Program-made: the position numbers and the translations under genes
In this document: positions 1-13,442 of the stretch, in pieces
Position numbering within the stretch: the first letter of the stretch is position 1
How the letters are laid out: every line of letters begins with the position of its first letter
Notes under the pieces: model-generated
The model's database searches: none
What the model was told of the DNA's origin: nothing
What the model saw: the letters and a program-made list of their open reading frames with translations, nothing else
NCBI RefSeq assembly: GCF_020745735.1
Contig: NW_026867498.1
Coordinates: 1,639,822-1,703,821 of the forward strand
DNA length: 64,000 bases
Direction: 5' to 3'
Source: Hemiscyllium ocellatum
Lineage: Eukaryota

Positions 1-203
1 CTCTTTCCCCCATGTGGATCCACTGGTGGGTCTGGAGGTTGGAGGAATCGCTGAAGCCCTTCCCGCAGTCAGGGCAGGGGAACGGCCTCTCCCCAGTGTG
101 ACTGCGCCAATGGGTCCCCAGGGCAGACGGGAAACAAGCCTTTCCCACAGTCGCCACACTTCCATGGTTTCTCCACGGGGCGGGATTCCTCGGGTTTCTC
201 CAT
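1..203 (-). pseudogene. C2H2 zinc-finger gene A, 5' part (continues off window), frameshifted in finger 1
   Basis: Reads [22 protein letters not shown], then has a 2-nt deletion relative to paralogues (ggctt--gtttcccg). [16 protein letters not shown] continues in a shifted frame. Confidence 0.8.
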
Positions 204-1099
204 GGCCGAAGCTTCTGCTGCACACAAACGCATGTGGAGCTTCTCTCCACCGTGAATTCCTCTTTCCAAACCGTATAGCTATTACACGCTCCTCACTCAG
301 TGCACTGCAATGGTAGGGTCTCTCATCCAGTCCCACTGCTGCTGAAAACGTACCCAAACAGGAACCAAAAAGCTTTGCTCCTTCTCACAGAATCAGAAAA
401 CTGTTGCTGTCCCGATGGATTGAATGACTGTCAGACATGGACGTCAAAGTAAGGACTGCAGATGCTGGAGAGTCAGAGTCAGTAAGTGCAGCGCTGGAAA
501 AGCACAGCAGGTCAGACAGCATCCGAGGAGCAGGAGAGTCAACGTTTTGGGCATTAGGCCTTCATCTGTTGATTTTGAAACTTAGATCTTCAGATCCTGA
601 AATGTAAAAAGAGATTACAAAAGGTCATCACTGTCAGTGCAGGGTAGAAATTCTGAACAAGGAATTCTGCGGAAAGTTCTCTTCTTTTGTCATTCCACAA
701 AATTGAAAGCACCATTCCACTCTCTCTCCCCCATGTTCTCACTCTGATCTAACTAATTCCCCTGAAGGTGCTGATTCAGGATCTTCCAGGGGCAGAAGAG
801 CAAAAACGTCAAGACTGACATCTCTCTGAATTTTGGATAACTCCACCTGGAAGTTAATATCTTTCACAAGATTGGGATACTGCTGAGAGGTGAGGAGGAC
901 TGATTTCGGGAAGAAAAAAAAAGTTTGTGCCAATCCCTTCCCTTCAGAGAATCCCCAGTGTGTGAAAGCAGGCCACTCAGCCCCACAAATCCATACCGAC
1001 CCTCTGAAAGGTAACAGACCCACACCTATTCCCCTACCCCTACTGCTCAACTTTTACTCCCTGATTAATGCAACTGACCTGCACATCTCTGGGCACGGT

Positions 1100-1570
1100 C
1101 AATCCATTCTAACCTGGACAAAGTTAAAAATCACACCACCAGGTGAGTGTTCAACAGGTTTATTTGGAAGCACTCGCTTTCAGAGCGCTGATCCTTCAGG
1201 TAGTTGTGGAGAATAAGATCATAAGACACAACTTATAGAAAAACGTTATAACGTCCTGCCACTGAAATGATATATTGAACAAACCTGGATTGTCAAGTCT
1301 TTCATCTTTTAGACTGGGTTGCAGCTATCATTCACATGTAAATCCCAGACCTTCCTGCAAGGCACCTTATCAAGATAACTCGAGATTTTACCGCAAAATG
1401 TGACATCTCAGTTCACACAACGCATTAAAGGTGTGAGGTCAGAGTCTGTGTCCCAGTCTTGAGTCAGACTGGTTCTATTTCCAAAGTGGAATTTACAAAA
1501 TATTACATGGATTGACTGCTTACAGGTTGTGTATTTTTTTGAGCAAAATAGAATGTATCTGCAAATACAA
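1100..1570 (-). mobile_element. Short Penelope-like (pLTR-derived) repeat with degenerate hammerhead core
   Basis: Same family as 53400-53660 (reverse complement of ...gaaagctagtgcttccaaataaacctgttg...gatttttaactttgtcc). The core lacks TGA. Confidence 0.6.
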
Positions 1571-1829
1571 ATAGAGCCCTATTTCTGGTTTACCTCCTAA
1601 TGAATAAACATTAAACGCGAGCACCTATTTATTTCTAATGTTGTTTCATTTTTCTTGTTTGATTCCCTGCTGTGACTACACTGTGCCTGGATGGTTCACA
1701 GGCTGGGAGATTGTGGGTTGGGACTTGATTGACTGAATGTTTTATTGTCCCAGAAGGTGTAAAGGGAGGGGGTGGGGGGGTTCAAAGCTTCAACAGAAAT
1801 CCAGCAGAGCTGAGAACAGACCAACATCC

Positions 1830-2470
1830 ACATGCCTTTTAAATGTTGTAATTGTGCCAGTCTCCACCACTTCCTCGAGCAGTTCGTGCCATACATGCAC
1901 CACCCTCTGTGTGAAAAGGTTGCCCCTCAGACCCCTGTTAAATCATTCTGCTCTCACCTCAAACATATGCCTTCTAGTTTTCTTGGACTCCCCTACCCTG
2001 GGGAAAAGACCTTCGGTTTCCCCCCACTATCCATGCCCATTACAAAGGTCCATAAGTTTACCCCTCAGCCACTGATGCTCCATGGAAAATGTCCCTGGCC
2101 TATTCAGCCTCTCCCTATAGCCCAAATCTTTTCTGACCCCTTTCAAAGTTTCATAACATCTTTCCTACAGCAGGGAGACCAGAACTGAACGCAGTATTCC
2201 AAAATTGGCTTAACCAACATCCTGGACAGCCACAACATGACCTCCCAACTCATCTACTCGATGCTCTGACCAATAAAGGCCATCCTACCAAATGCCTCAT
2301 TCACTATCCTGTCTACCTGAGACTCCACTTTCAAGGAACTATGGACCCTGCACTCCAAGGTCTCTTTGTTCTGCAACACTCCCCTTAACTGTGTCACTCC
2401 TGCCTGGATTGCTTGACCAAAATGCAACAACTCACATTTCTCACCATTTAATTCCATCTACTACACTTTG
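1830..2470 (-). mobile_element. CR1/HER1-like LINE 3' fragment
   Basis: Peptide ELNGEKCELLHFG...VHSSLKVESQVDRIVNEAFGRMAFIGQSIE is CR1 ORF2 C-terminal region. Confidence 0.85.
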
Positions 2471-2679
2471 GCCCATCCGATCAATTCTAATTTATAGCGA
2501 TCTCATTTTTCTCTCTCATTCTCTAGAAGCTGAAAATCTCCATCCACACACTCTCCCTCCATTCTCAGTTTACTGACCCTAATCCCTGCTGTACCTCATC
2601 CTGAAGGGTCTGGTTCATGCTGATTCATAGGCCCACACTCGGGAGGGGTGGTGGGTGTCGGGGGTGGGGGGAGGTCTAA

Positions 2680-3560
2680 ATGAAACATACATAATCCTGA
2701 ACAGCCCAGACAGAGTGGACGTTGCGAAGATGTTTCCATTGGTAGGACAGACTCAGACCAGAGGCACAGCTTTAGAGTAAAGGGAAGTCCTTTTAGAAAG
2801 GAGAAACTTCTTCAGCCAGAGAGCGGTGAATCTGTGGAATCTATTTCCATAGAAGGCTGTGGAGGCCAGGTCACTGGGGATATTTAAAACTGAGACAGAT
2901 AGGTTCTTGAGTATCAAGGGGATCGAGGGTTACGGGGAGAATGGGGTTGAGAAACCTAGCAGCCACGATTGAATGGGGTGATTAGACCTGATGGACTGAA
3001 TGGCCTAATTTCTGCTCCTCTGATTTAGGGTCTCTTGTTGTCCTGGACACAGTGAGAGAGTTGGGAGCAAGACTAGGCCATTCGGTCTTTCGAGTCTGCA
3101 CCAGCATTGAACAATTCATAACTGGATATGAATATACCTACAGTTAGGTGGATAGGGCTGGGACTTTTTTTCACTGGAACACATGAGGTTGAGAGGTGAT
3201 CTTAAAAGAGGTTCATAAAATCCTGAGGAGGGTAGATGAGGTGAACCGCAGGTGTCCTTTCCCTAGGATGGGGGTTTCAAGATTAGGGAGCAAATGAGGA
3301 AGGTGAGTGGAGAAAGATTTTCAAAAGACTGGAGTAGTGCCTTTTTTTTTGAGAGTAGTTTGTGTGTGGAATCAATGTCCAGACACAGTGGTGGATGTAG
3401 GTACAGTAACAACGTTTAAAAGACATTTGGATAAGTACATGAATAGGAAAGGTTCAGAGGGATATGGGCCAAATACACACAGGTGGGACTAGTTCAGTTT
3501 GTGAACACAGTCAGCACGGTTTAGTTGGACTGAAGGGTCTGTTTCTGTGTTGTCTGACTC
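2680..3560 (+). mobile_element. Two CR1-like LINE 3' fragments
   Basis: FFSQRAVNLWN and LRVVCVWN...FKRHLDKYMNRKG motifs, plus a CR1-type 3' UTR. Confidence 0.75.
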
Positions 3561-4671
3561 TGGAACTGTTCTAAACTGGGCTTAAAACCATTTTCTTGCC
3601 TTCCTCCATAAACATCCACTTCTTTCTTGTTCAAAGATCAGATTAACTCAGCCTTGAATTTATTCAAATGACCCCCTAACTGCAGGATGACATCGCCATT
3701 TCTGAACTCAATTCCTCTTACTAATTCCTGATGAAGGGCTTGTGCCTGAAACTTTGACTGTCCTACTGCTCGGATACACCTTGAATGAATCTACCGTCCC
3801 TACCTCTGCTGGCAATGCGTTCCAGGCACCTATCACCCTCTGAGTAATGTACTTTCTGTGTGCATCTCCAACATGATGTCCCAACTCCTGTACTCAGCAT
3901 GTGAACAATGAAGGCAAGTGTGCTGAACACCTTCTTCACCCCCCCCCCCCACCGTCTCCCAGTGATGTAACTTCCAAGAACAATGAACCTGAACACCTCC
4001 AGGTCTCTGTTCTACAACATGACCCAGGGCCCTACCATTACCTGTTCAAGTCTTGCCCTCCTTTGTTTTAGCAAAATGCAACCCTCACTTATATCCATAC
4101 CTCTCTCGTACACACACGCTCTCTCTCAGACATACACATACACCACCCCCTCAACACACACACCCTCTCGCAGGTTCATACTCCATCACAATCTCACTTT
4201 ATCAAGCAGGCACACATGTAAATACACACTCACAGCGCACAATCTTATACACAAACTCACACACACACACTTCCCTGAAGGGAGTTTCCCCGAAACGTCA
4301 ATTTTCCTGCTCCTCGGATGCTGCCTGACTTGCTGCAGCACCACACGCTCGATTCTAAACTTATTACCCTCTAGTTCTGGACTGCCCCATCCAAGGAAAA
4401 TACCACGTCTATTTACCCTATCCATGTCCCTCATGATGATATAAAAGTGTATAAGGTCACTCCTCAGACTCTGGCAAGCTACGGAAAACAGTCCTAACCT
4501 GAACTTCTGTCTCTCCTCACCCGGGTCACCCAGACACATACCTGAGGTCGCAAAGTCTGCTCCCTCTCTGGATTCACTCCAGTTGCTACAAGTGAGCCTG
4601 CTCCGTCATTCATTAAGATCATGGCTGATCTATCCATCGTTTCATCTTCTCCTCCCTGCACTGTCACAAGG

Positions 4672-4855
4672 AACAGCACAAGGTTTAATCAAAACAGTGA
4701 GGGGTAAACAGCACAAGGATTAAAAAACACAGTGAGGGGTAAACAGCACAAGGATTAAACACACAGTGAGGGGTAAACAGCACAAGGATTAAAAACACAG
4801 TGAGGGGTAAACAGCACAAGGATTAAACACACAGTGAGGGGTAAACAGCACAAGC
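4672..4855. repeat. Minisatellite, about 34-bp unit (acacagtgaggggtaaacagcacaaggatta), 5 copies
   Basis: cagtgaggggtaaacagcacaag recurs at about 4695, 4730, 4764, 4798 and 4832. The paralogous site at 58750-58800 has only about 1.5 units. Confidence 0.95.
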
Positions 4856-4889
4856 GCCAGTAAAAGCAGATGGAAAGTGAGTGTAAAAT

Positions 4890-5053
4890 GTCACTATGAC
4901 AGGACAGGCCCCACATTCCTTCCCCTCCGTCCCCCCCCACAACCTGCCTCACCTTTCACGTCCCGGGCCCAGTACCTTCCAGGTGGCCCCATAGTTGACA
5001 CAGGGGCCGCCCCACGACCAGTAGAACTCCACCACCCAGGCGCCCGACGAGTT
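4890..5053 (-). pseudogene. QSOX-family exon 1 fragment (3' half plus splice donor), copy A
   Basis: Reads NSSGAWVVEFYWSWGGPCVNYGATWKVL(+1)ARDVK followed by G|GTGAGG. Resembles the QSOX Trx1 segment AWxVEFYxSWCGHCxxxAPTWKALAxDVK. Confidence 0.85.
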
Positions 5054-5339
5054 TAGATTAGAGTGTAGGTTAGGGAGAATTGGCTGTGCTAAGTTACCCA
5101 TAGTGACCAGGGATGTACAGGCTAGGGTGGATTGGCCATGGGAAATACGGAGTAAGGGGTTGGGTATGGGTGGGATACTGTTCAGAGGGCCAGAATGAAA
5201 TAGATGGGTTGAATGGCCCACTCCCACATTGTCGGAATTCGAGACCCTCCCCACAAAGAGGCATTTTATCTGCATCTATCCTGTCAAGCCCCTTTCAGAA
5301 TTCTGCCGGTTTCAATAGAGGTATGCAGCCCAGAAACAG

Positions 5340-5985
5340 ACACTTCGGTCCAATTCGTCCATGCCCACCAGGATTCCAAACTAAACCAGTCCCACTTGCC
5401 TGCATTTGGCTCATTTCCCTCTAAATCTTTCTATTCATGTACCCAGCCAAATGCTGTTTCAATGTTGTCACTGTACCTGCATCTACCACATCCTCAGCAA
5501 GTTCATTCCACATGTAAATCACCCTCTTTCAAATCGTTGCCCCTCCGCTTCCTTTTAAATCTCTTTCCTCATATTTAAAAAAAGTCCCCTAGTTTTGAGT
5601 TCCCCTACGCTAAGCAAGAGCCATTTTCTATTCACCTTCCCTCCACTCCTCATGATTTTATCAAACTCAATGAGGTCAACCCCCAACCTCCTGTGCTCCA
5701 GTGAATAAAGTCCCAGCCTCTCCTTATAACTCAAACCCTCCAGTCCTTACAACATCCTGGTAAATCTTTATTAAACCCTCACTAATCGTATTCTTCCTAT
5801 TACAGGGCCACCAGAACTGTACTCAGTACTCTGAAAGTGGCCTCACCAACATCCTGTACAACCTCAACATGATGTCCCAACCCCTCTCCTCAGTGGTGTG
5901 AACAATGAAGGCAATGTTGCAAAATGCCACCTTAACCACTCTGTCTACCAGTGATGCAACTTGCAAAGAACTATGTACCTGAACA
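5340..5985 (-). mobile_element. CR1-like LINE 3' fragment (paralogue at 34745-35340)
   Basis: Peptide GVQVHSSLQVASLVDRVVKVAF...LYRMLVRPLSEY. Confidence 0.8.
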
Positions 5986-6659
5986 CCGACTCCCCCCACC
6001 TCCATGTCTATCTGTTCTCTTACATGACTCATGGCCCAACCATTATCTGTTCAAGTCCTTGTTTTAGCAAAAATGCAACCCCTTGCTTTTATTAAGCTTC
6101 TCTCTCACACATACTCTATCTCTCAGACAGACAGATGGACACCCCTCAACACTCTCACACTCACAGCATCATACTCCATCACACTCTCACTTTCCCAAGC
6201 ATGCACAACACACTTCTGTGCACACTCACAGACAAACTCACATGCACACACTCTCACTCTCACATGCACACACACACACACACAGTACTCTTTGGGGTGA
6301 AATTGTATTGGCAGAATTATATTTGCAGATACAGTCAATTTTGTTCAAAAGCACACAATCTGCAGGCAGTCAATCCATGTAATATTTTACAAATTCCGAC
6401 TTTGGAAACAGAACCAGTCTGATTCAAGATTGGAATACTGACAGACTCAAATCTCACACCTTTAATGCATTGTCTGAGCGGAGATGCCTTTTTTTTATAT
6501 AAAACCTTAAGTCATCTCAAGAACATTGTTACATATTAATGAACCAAAGCCCACACCCATTCTAAGAGATGAAGAATATCTAAGTTTGTTCAATATATTC
6601 TATCAGTTGCATGACACTGATCTTTTGATATAAGTTCTGTGTCTTATGATGCTGTTCCA

Positions 6660-7455
6660 TGAGGCTTATGTGTTGATGAAGCAAGATGGTACAGATGAGG
6701 CAATAGAGAATTACAGATCAGCTAGGAAGGATTTAAAGAGAGAGTTAAGAAGAGCAAAGAGAGGACACGAACAGTCTTAGGCAAATAGAATAAAGGAGAA
6801 CCCTAAAGCTTCCCATAGGCATGTGAGGAATAAAAGGATGATTAGGGTAGGAATAGGGCCAGTCAAAGACAGAAGCAGGAAGTGGAGTGTGGACACTGTA
6901 GAGATCGGAGAGGTGCTAAATGAACATTTCTCATCGGTGTTCACTCAGGAAAAGAATGAGGTACGAGATATTAGACTCGATAGGATCGAGGTTAGTTACA
7001 CACAGGTGTTATCAATTCGAGAAGGAGTGAAAGTAGACAAGTCCCTGGGCTGGATGGGATTTATCCGAGGATTCTCTGGGAAGCTAGGGAGGAGATAGCA
7101 GAGCCTTTGGCTTTGATATTTGAGTCGTCATTGTCCTCAGGTACTAAACCTGTAGACAAGAGGATTGCAAATGTTGTGCCCTTATTCAATAGAGGGTATA
7201 ACTACAAATTGAGGAGTGATAGATTTAAGACAGATGTCAGAGGCAAGGTCTTTACACAGAGAGTGGTAAGGGTGTGGAATGCCCTACCTGCTAAGGTAGT
7301 CAACTCAGCCACGTTAGGGAGATTTAAACAATCCTTAGATAAGTGCATGGATGATTTTGGGATAGTGTAGGGGGACGAGCTGAGAATAGTTCACAGGTCG
7401 GCGCAACATCGAAGGCCGAAGGGCCTGTTCTGTGCTGGATTGTTCTATGTTCTAA
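6660..7455 (+). mobile_element. CR1 LINE with large internal deletion, downstream of ZNF B
   Basis: EVLNEHFSSVFT and LIFESSL...ANVVPLF are joined at about 7190 directly to the C-terminus (TQRVVRVWNALP). Ends in a tgttctatgttcta tail. Confidence 0.85.
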
Positions 7456-8165
7456 ACTTAGTGCAGGAGGCTGAAAGAAATGAGCAGCTTTAAAACAAAA
7501 ACCTCTTGGAGCTCAAAGCTTTCAATGAGAGTCTGAGCCCGGTGGTAAGTTCAGGTAACCTTTATTGCAACCCAACTTCGTTACAGCTTCAGATCCCCCC
7601 AGCAAAAAGGCAGAGAAAAAGTAGTTGCTTTTTGAACAGCTCAAGGTGAAAGTGCACACACCACACCTCCCCTGGCCCCATCCCCACCCCCCTCACTGTC
7701 TTTACTATTGGCCAGCACCAAGTTGTCCCTTTGTAATTGGATCCTTGGTACAGCCGTAACCCGGAGGAAGTATTGCCTCACTCAGCAATTTCAACCCATA
7801 CCCTGTCTCCAGTTAAGTTTCTCCCCGCTCTTTTGCCAGTGGGGGGAGGGCAGTGTAGAGTCAACCAGACTGCTGTGGGTCTGGAGTCACGTGTAGGCCA
7901 GACCGGGTAAAGGATGCAGCTGGAACAACTGAGTGAATCCTCTCCCACAATAGCAGTTCCCTTCCCTAACAAGGGAGAGAGGGAATCAGATGGGGGCTTT
8001 CTCCCCCTACCACCCCCTCCCTGAAACGGTCTCATCGTTAGATTCCAAACTCCACATTTCTGACCGAATACCAATTCTGCCATCTGTTGTGGCGGGATTC
8101 AAACCCGGGAGTCCCCGGAACTGGGTTGATATTCCAATCGATAATGGCACTCGGCCGTCACTCCT

Positions 8166-9216
8166 TCAATCCCCCTGCGATGGCACGTGAACTCGCTGAT
8201 GCTTCCGCAGGTGGGAGGAGCAGGTGAAGCCCTTCCCGCACTGAGAGCAGATGTACGGCCTCTCCCCGGTGTGGATCCGCTGGTGGGTCAGCAGGGCGGA
8301 GGAAGTGCTGAAGGCCTTCCCACTTCCGGGGCAGCTCAAGGGCCTCTCCCTGGTGTGGACACGCTGGTGCCTCAGCAGGGTGGAGACCTGGGTAAAGGCC
8401 TTCCCGCACTGAGAGCAGGTGTGCGGTCTCTCCCCCGCGTGGACCCACGGTGGGTCAGCAGGTGGGAGGAGCAAGTGAAGCCCTTCCCGCACTGAGAGCA
8501 GGTGAACGGACTCTCCCCGTGTGGATCCGCTGGTGTCTCCGCAGGTTGGAGGAGCAGGTGAGGCCCTTCCCGCACTGAGGGCAGGTGTACGGTCTCTCCC
8601 CCGTGTGGACACGCTGGTGTCTCCGCAGGTTGGAGGAGCAGATGAAGCCCTTCCCACACTGAGAGCAGGTGAACGGCCTCTCCCCGGTGTGGACGTGACG
8701 GTGACTCCGCAGGGTGGTGGAATCGCTGAAGGCCTTCCTACACTCAGGGCAGCTGAAGGGCCTTTCCCCGGTGTGGACAAGCTGGTGCCTCAGCAGGATG
8801 GAGGCCTGGGTAAAGGCCTTTCCGCACTCTGGGCAGCTGAAGGGCCTCTCCCCCGTGTGGACCCGCTGGTGGGTCAGGAGGTTGGAGGAACAGGTGAAGC
8901 CCTTCCCACACTGAGAGCAGGTGAATGGCCTCTCCCCCGTGTGGACATGCTGGTGGGTCAGCAGGGCGGAGGAATTGCTGAAGGCCTTCCCGCACTCAGG
9001 GCAACTGAAGAGCCTCTCCCCCATGTGGCCCCGCTGGTGGGCCAGCAGGTGGGAGGAATACCTGAAGGCCTCCCCGCAGTCAGTGCAGGGGAATGGCCTC
9101 TCCCCGGTGTGACTGCGCCGATGAATCTCCAGGGCAGACAGGAAACGGAAGCCTTTCCCACAGTCCCCACACTTCCACGGTTTCTTCACGCGGCAGGATT
9201 CCTCAGATTTCTCCAT
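8166..9216 (-). pseudogene. C2H2 zinc-finger gene B: 12 finger repeats, two frameshifts after finger 8
   Basis: ATG at 9216 (MEKSEES...KPWKCGDC). Eight in-frame fingers with TGERP linkers. Frameshifts lie near 8515 and 8447. The remaining fingers end HVPSQGD* in another frame. It could still encode a truncated 8-finger protein. Confidence 0.85.
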
Positions 9217-10659
9217 GGCCACAGCTTCAGGTGCACACAAACACGTGTAGAACCCCTCCCTGCCGTGAAATCCCCTTCCCAGGCCGTATAACTGTTTCAG
9301 GCTCCACACACAGTGCGCTCCAACAGTGGGGTCTCTCGTCCAGTCCCACTGATGCTGAAAATGTCCTCAAACAGGAACCAAAAAGCGTTGATCCCTCTCA
9401 CAGAAATCACAGTCAAAAACAGCTGCTGTCCCGATGGATTGAGTGACTGTCAGACATTGACATCAAAGTGAGGACTGCTGACGCTGGACAGTCAGTCGAA
9501 ACATTTGGCACTGGAAAAGCACAGCAGATCAGGCAGCATCCGAGGAGCAGGAGAGTCAATGTTGCGGGCATAAGCCCTTTATCCGTTGATTTTGAAACTT
9601 CAGTCTTCAGATTTTCAAATACTCTGCAAAAAGAGATTACAAAAGTCATCACTATCAGTGCAGGGTAGAAATTCAGAACAAGCAATTCTACTTTCTGTGG
9701 AATATTCATTTGCTGTTCCACAAAATTGAAAGCACCATCCCACTCTCCCTTCCCCTCTGTTCTCACTCCGCTCTAACTAATTCCCCTGAAGGTGCTGATT
9801 CAGGATCTTACAGGGACAGAAAAGGCAAAAACATAAATACTGACATCTCTCTGAATTTTGGATGCCTCCACCTGAAAGTTAATATCTTTCACAACACTGG
9901 GATCCTGCTGAGAGTGAGCAGGTCTGATTTTGGGAAGCAAAACAAAGTGCCAATTCAGGGTGAACCTGCAATGCAGCTTCTTGAGGAAGGACCAGACACA
10001 AAATGGTTAACGACTCCGGGAAGGTGGGAGCAAAATGAGACATCAAGGCATTAACACCGACACACTTCAGTCAAACTCTTCTGCTCCCAGTCAGGGCAAA
10101 ACATGCCCTGAAAGTCCAGCCTTCACAACCACACTTCTGCTTTCACTGAAGACAATTAGAATCACACAGCACGGAAACAGACCCTTTGGCCCAACCTGCC
10201 CAGATATCTGAAATTAATCTAGTCACGTTTGCCATAACTTGGCCCCTATATGGGCCAGGTGCTGGCAGCTGGGACTAAATTGGGTTGGCTATCTTGTCAG
10301 CAAGGACGAGTTGGACCGAAGGGTCTGTTTCTGTGCTGTACATCTCGATGACTCCAGTTGCATTTGCCATCATCTGGCCCTGACCCATTTGAACCCTTCA
10401 TATTCAGATGCCCGTCCAGGAGCGTTTTGACATATCATCGTACCAGCACCCACCACTTCCTCTGGCAGCTCACGCCATCGCTCAAGCGACGCCACGTTGA
10501 AAGTGTCTGGTCTAGTGCGCCAGATGACATCAGGATAATCTCAGATCGTTCCAGATCGCATCGATACTCAGTCAGTGGCTTTCCCGATCAGGATGTTGTA
10601 CGTGATCATACAGGTCAGTGGGTAGGTGATCCCCCACCTCTTAGTTCAAGTATCTCTAC

Positions 10660-11480
10660 GAGAACTCCCTTGCTGGAGGGTCCCTTGGAGACACTTCAAC
10701 TGGACTTCATTGAGTTGTAGAAATGAGTTGAGTTGCTGTAAATATGTTTTGCTTATTGTTGATGTCTTTTCTAAGTGGATTGAAGCCGACCCTCCTCCTA
10801 ACGCGACTGCTGAGTCTGTGGTGAAAAATTTGTTTAAGGAAATAATTCCTTCAGTATACCTGCGTGCATTAGCTCAGACAATGGACCACACTTTGTAGGT
10901 AATATTAACGGAGAACTCTGTTCCCAGCTTTGTATTTGTCGGCAACTGCTCATCCTCAGGCGGCCGGCCTTGGTGAATGTTTTAACCAGAGTCAAGACTA
11001 AACTTGCCAAATTAATGGCTGAGTCTGGCCTCTCCTGGTTATGCTAATCCCTGTGGCCTCATTCCAGATGGGATCCATGTCTGTGGGCAAGATACGACTG
11101 TCTTCAGCTGAGAATCTCTCTGGTCACCCTCTCCGTACCCCTTGGAACGATTCGGCTCCCTTCTCAGTCCACCTCCACCACATGACCGAAGAAATGGTTG
11201 GTTATGTTCTTGCTTTAACTAGTGTTATGCGTGCCTATCACTCCCAGGGGTGTGCGGCCTGCAGCGATGTTCCCTCCCTTTCAGCCTCGTCACGGGTAGA
11301 GCCTGGTTCGTTGGTGCTCGTCAAGACCTGGACTTGCAGAGGTCTCCAACCTCGCTGGGATGGCCCCTTCCAGGTTTTACTTCCCATCCCTACGGTGGTC
11401 AAAGTCGCTGGGCGCTCAGCTTGGGTCCAACTGCACCATTGTAAATTGATTGACCGCACCAATCAAAAGTGGGGAAGAGG
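10660..11480 (+). mobile_element. Endogenous retrovirus pol integrase remnant (gamma/epsilon-like)
   Basis: GPLETLQLDFIEL, CKYVLLIVDVFSKWIEA and C-terminal QPRWDGPFQVLL..PTVVKVAGRSAWVQLHHCK (GPY/F region). Contains stops and frameshifts. Confidence 0.9.
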
Positions 11481-11949
11481 AGGAGAGAATACTGGAATCC
11501 CAACAAAAGGAGTGGACCCTGTCCAGTTGGGTTTTTGAATTTTGCTGTTGTTCTAATGTTAATCTTATTACAGATATTTGAACTAAGAGGAGGGACATGG
11601 GGGGGGGGAGGGGGGGGATCGCCTATCTCCTCACCTTTCTGATCACATACAACATCCTGATGGGGAAAGCCACTAAGTATGGATGTGACCAGGAATGATC
11701 AGAGATTATCCACCACCCATGCTAAGGAGATGTCGTCCAGTGCACCGGACCAGACGCCTTTGACGTGTGGGACGTGATGAAGATTGATTATTGCAATGGA
11801 CTCTTACATCAGAAAGACCAGATGGTCCATCTGGACAGTAGAAATCAGTGGGAGTTACCATGTCGTTACCATGGTTTTTTGATTTTACCTGCAGACGCAA
11901 GCCTAGTGAGGATAAAAATGGTCAACCCCGTTATTATGGTAAATATTTT

Positions 11950-13442
11950 AAGGATGCCTGGGAACACCATCCCTTTTTGCAGTACGGGCCGACTCGAGAA
12001 AAGGGAAGCTTGATAGGGGAAACTCCACAATCCGCAAACAACTTATTTATACAGGCCCACAGAACGCTCTTCACCCCAGAGGCAGGAGTATGTTACTCCT
12101 CTCTATCAGGAGATGACTTACTTGCCCCGTCCCCAGTCCCTGATTCCATACTATTCGTCAGTCTTCCTGCTGCCGACCCTGCGAAGTGAAATATCACGTT
12201 CCAATACCTCCGGTCTGTGTGTACAAACAGCTGGAGTAACACTGGCTGGGGTACAGCAGGCCTTATGCGGTACATGAACCTGGAACGGAACCCTTCCCTT
12301 GTGCATTTATAGGCCTTTTCTCTTTTCAGAATCTGATATTGTCACCAAGACCATGTACAATAGAGCTAAGGGAGAGCCCAATGGGAACAGCATTCTGAGG
12401 ACCATTGTCTCCTATACAGTGCGGGTGCTCGAGTCACTTGGCCCATTTTTTACAGCGCTCAAGCGAATCCTCTTGCAAAACATCGACCCTTTGCTCCTGT
12501 ATATCTGACCAGACCCCCTGCTGTAACATTTCAGTAACCTATTTTGACAAACTCTCCCTAATCTACCCCAAATCAGACTATTATTTCTTCAGCTGAGGTA
12601 AAGCTACCAATTTCCTTGTCATGGATGGCAAAGATGTCCCTCATAACATCAATATCGGAGCCCTTGTTCCCACAACAGTACCTTGTCCTGGTCAGTGGAC
12701 AAGTCGATGGAACCTCCATCTGAGGAGAATGCAGCGGTCGGTCTCAGCCAACTTTACTCCGACTGGAAGGATCCCAATGGACTGGGTGACAATACAGGAC
12801 ACCCAATAGGCTGGGGAATCCAGAATACCGAGGTTGGAAGGATCGGCAGGGGTGACAAGTCAAAAGAACCGCAATTCCCTCATTTGTGGCCTGACCATTC
12901 GAGAAAATAAAGAGGCTCTGGAACAGAGTAACCTGGGATTATCAGAGCTGTGTCTTTACTCTATGCAGAATCGGTATGGCCTAGACAATATACTCGCCCA
13001 GGAGGGTGAGGTCTGCACCACTGTCCAAGATAAATGCACTATGGGCATTCCCGATCTAACTGGCAATATTACTAAGATACAAGAAGAGATCCAGGTATTC
13101 CTTGACAGAATGACTGAAGGGACCAGTTGGGGAAACTGCAGGTCGGGCTGATGGTACAATTGACATATCAATTTAGATATTTATGTTTGTCGGTATTGGT
13201 ATTGTTAGGTATTTAATTGCTCGGCTTATGAGGTCCCTTAGAGATATAGATTTGCCCCAGAAGATGCTCCTTTTGCGATCCGATGGCTCACCCACGTGTC
13301 GATGGCGATGATAAATATGACCAGATGAGCTGCGAAGATGGTGGTGCCGCTCTACAGGATGTTGATGGCTGGACCACCTTGAAGGGCATTCGTTTGGACT
13401 AGCCTTCTCTTTCAGTGATCGCGGTGCAATCAAAGGGAGGAA
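11950..13442 (+). mobile_element. ERV env remnant (gamma-type TM) and polypurine tract
   Basis: Furin-like RRMQR|S. Immunosuppressive-domain-like MQNRYGLDNILAQEGEVC-TTVQDK-C at 12963. Hydrophobic anchor IFMFVGIGIVRYLIA. PPT aaagggaggaa at 13432-13442 followed by TG. Confidence 0.88.

Noticed and set aside
4672-4855. Regularly spaced repeats resembling a CRISPR array (also the 29-bp array)
   Set aside because: They are head-to-tail tandem units with no unique spacers, in vertebrate DNA with no cas genes.
11950-13320. Domesticated syncytin-like env gene
   Set aside because: Both copies contain multiple stops and frameshifts.
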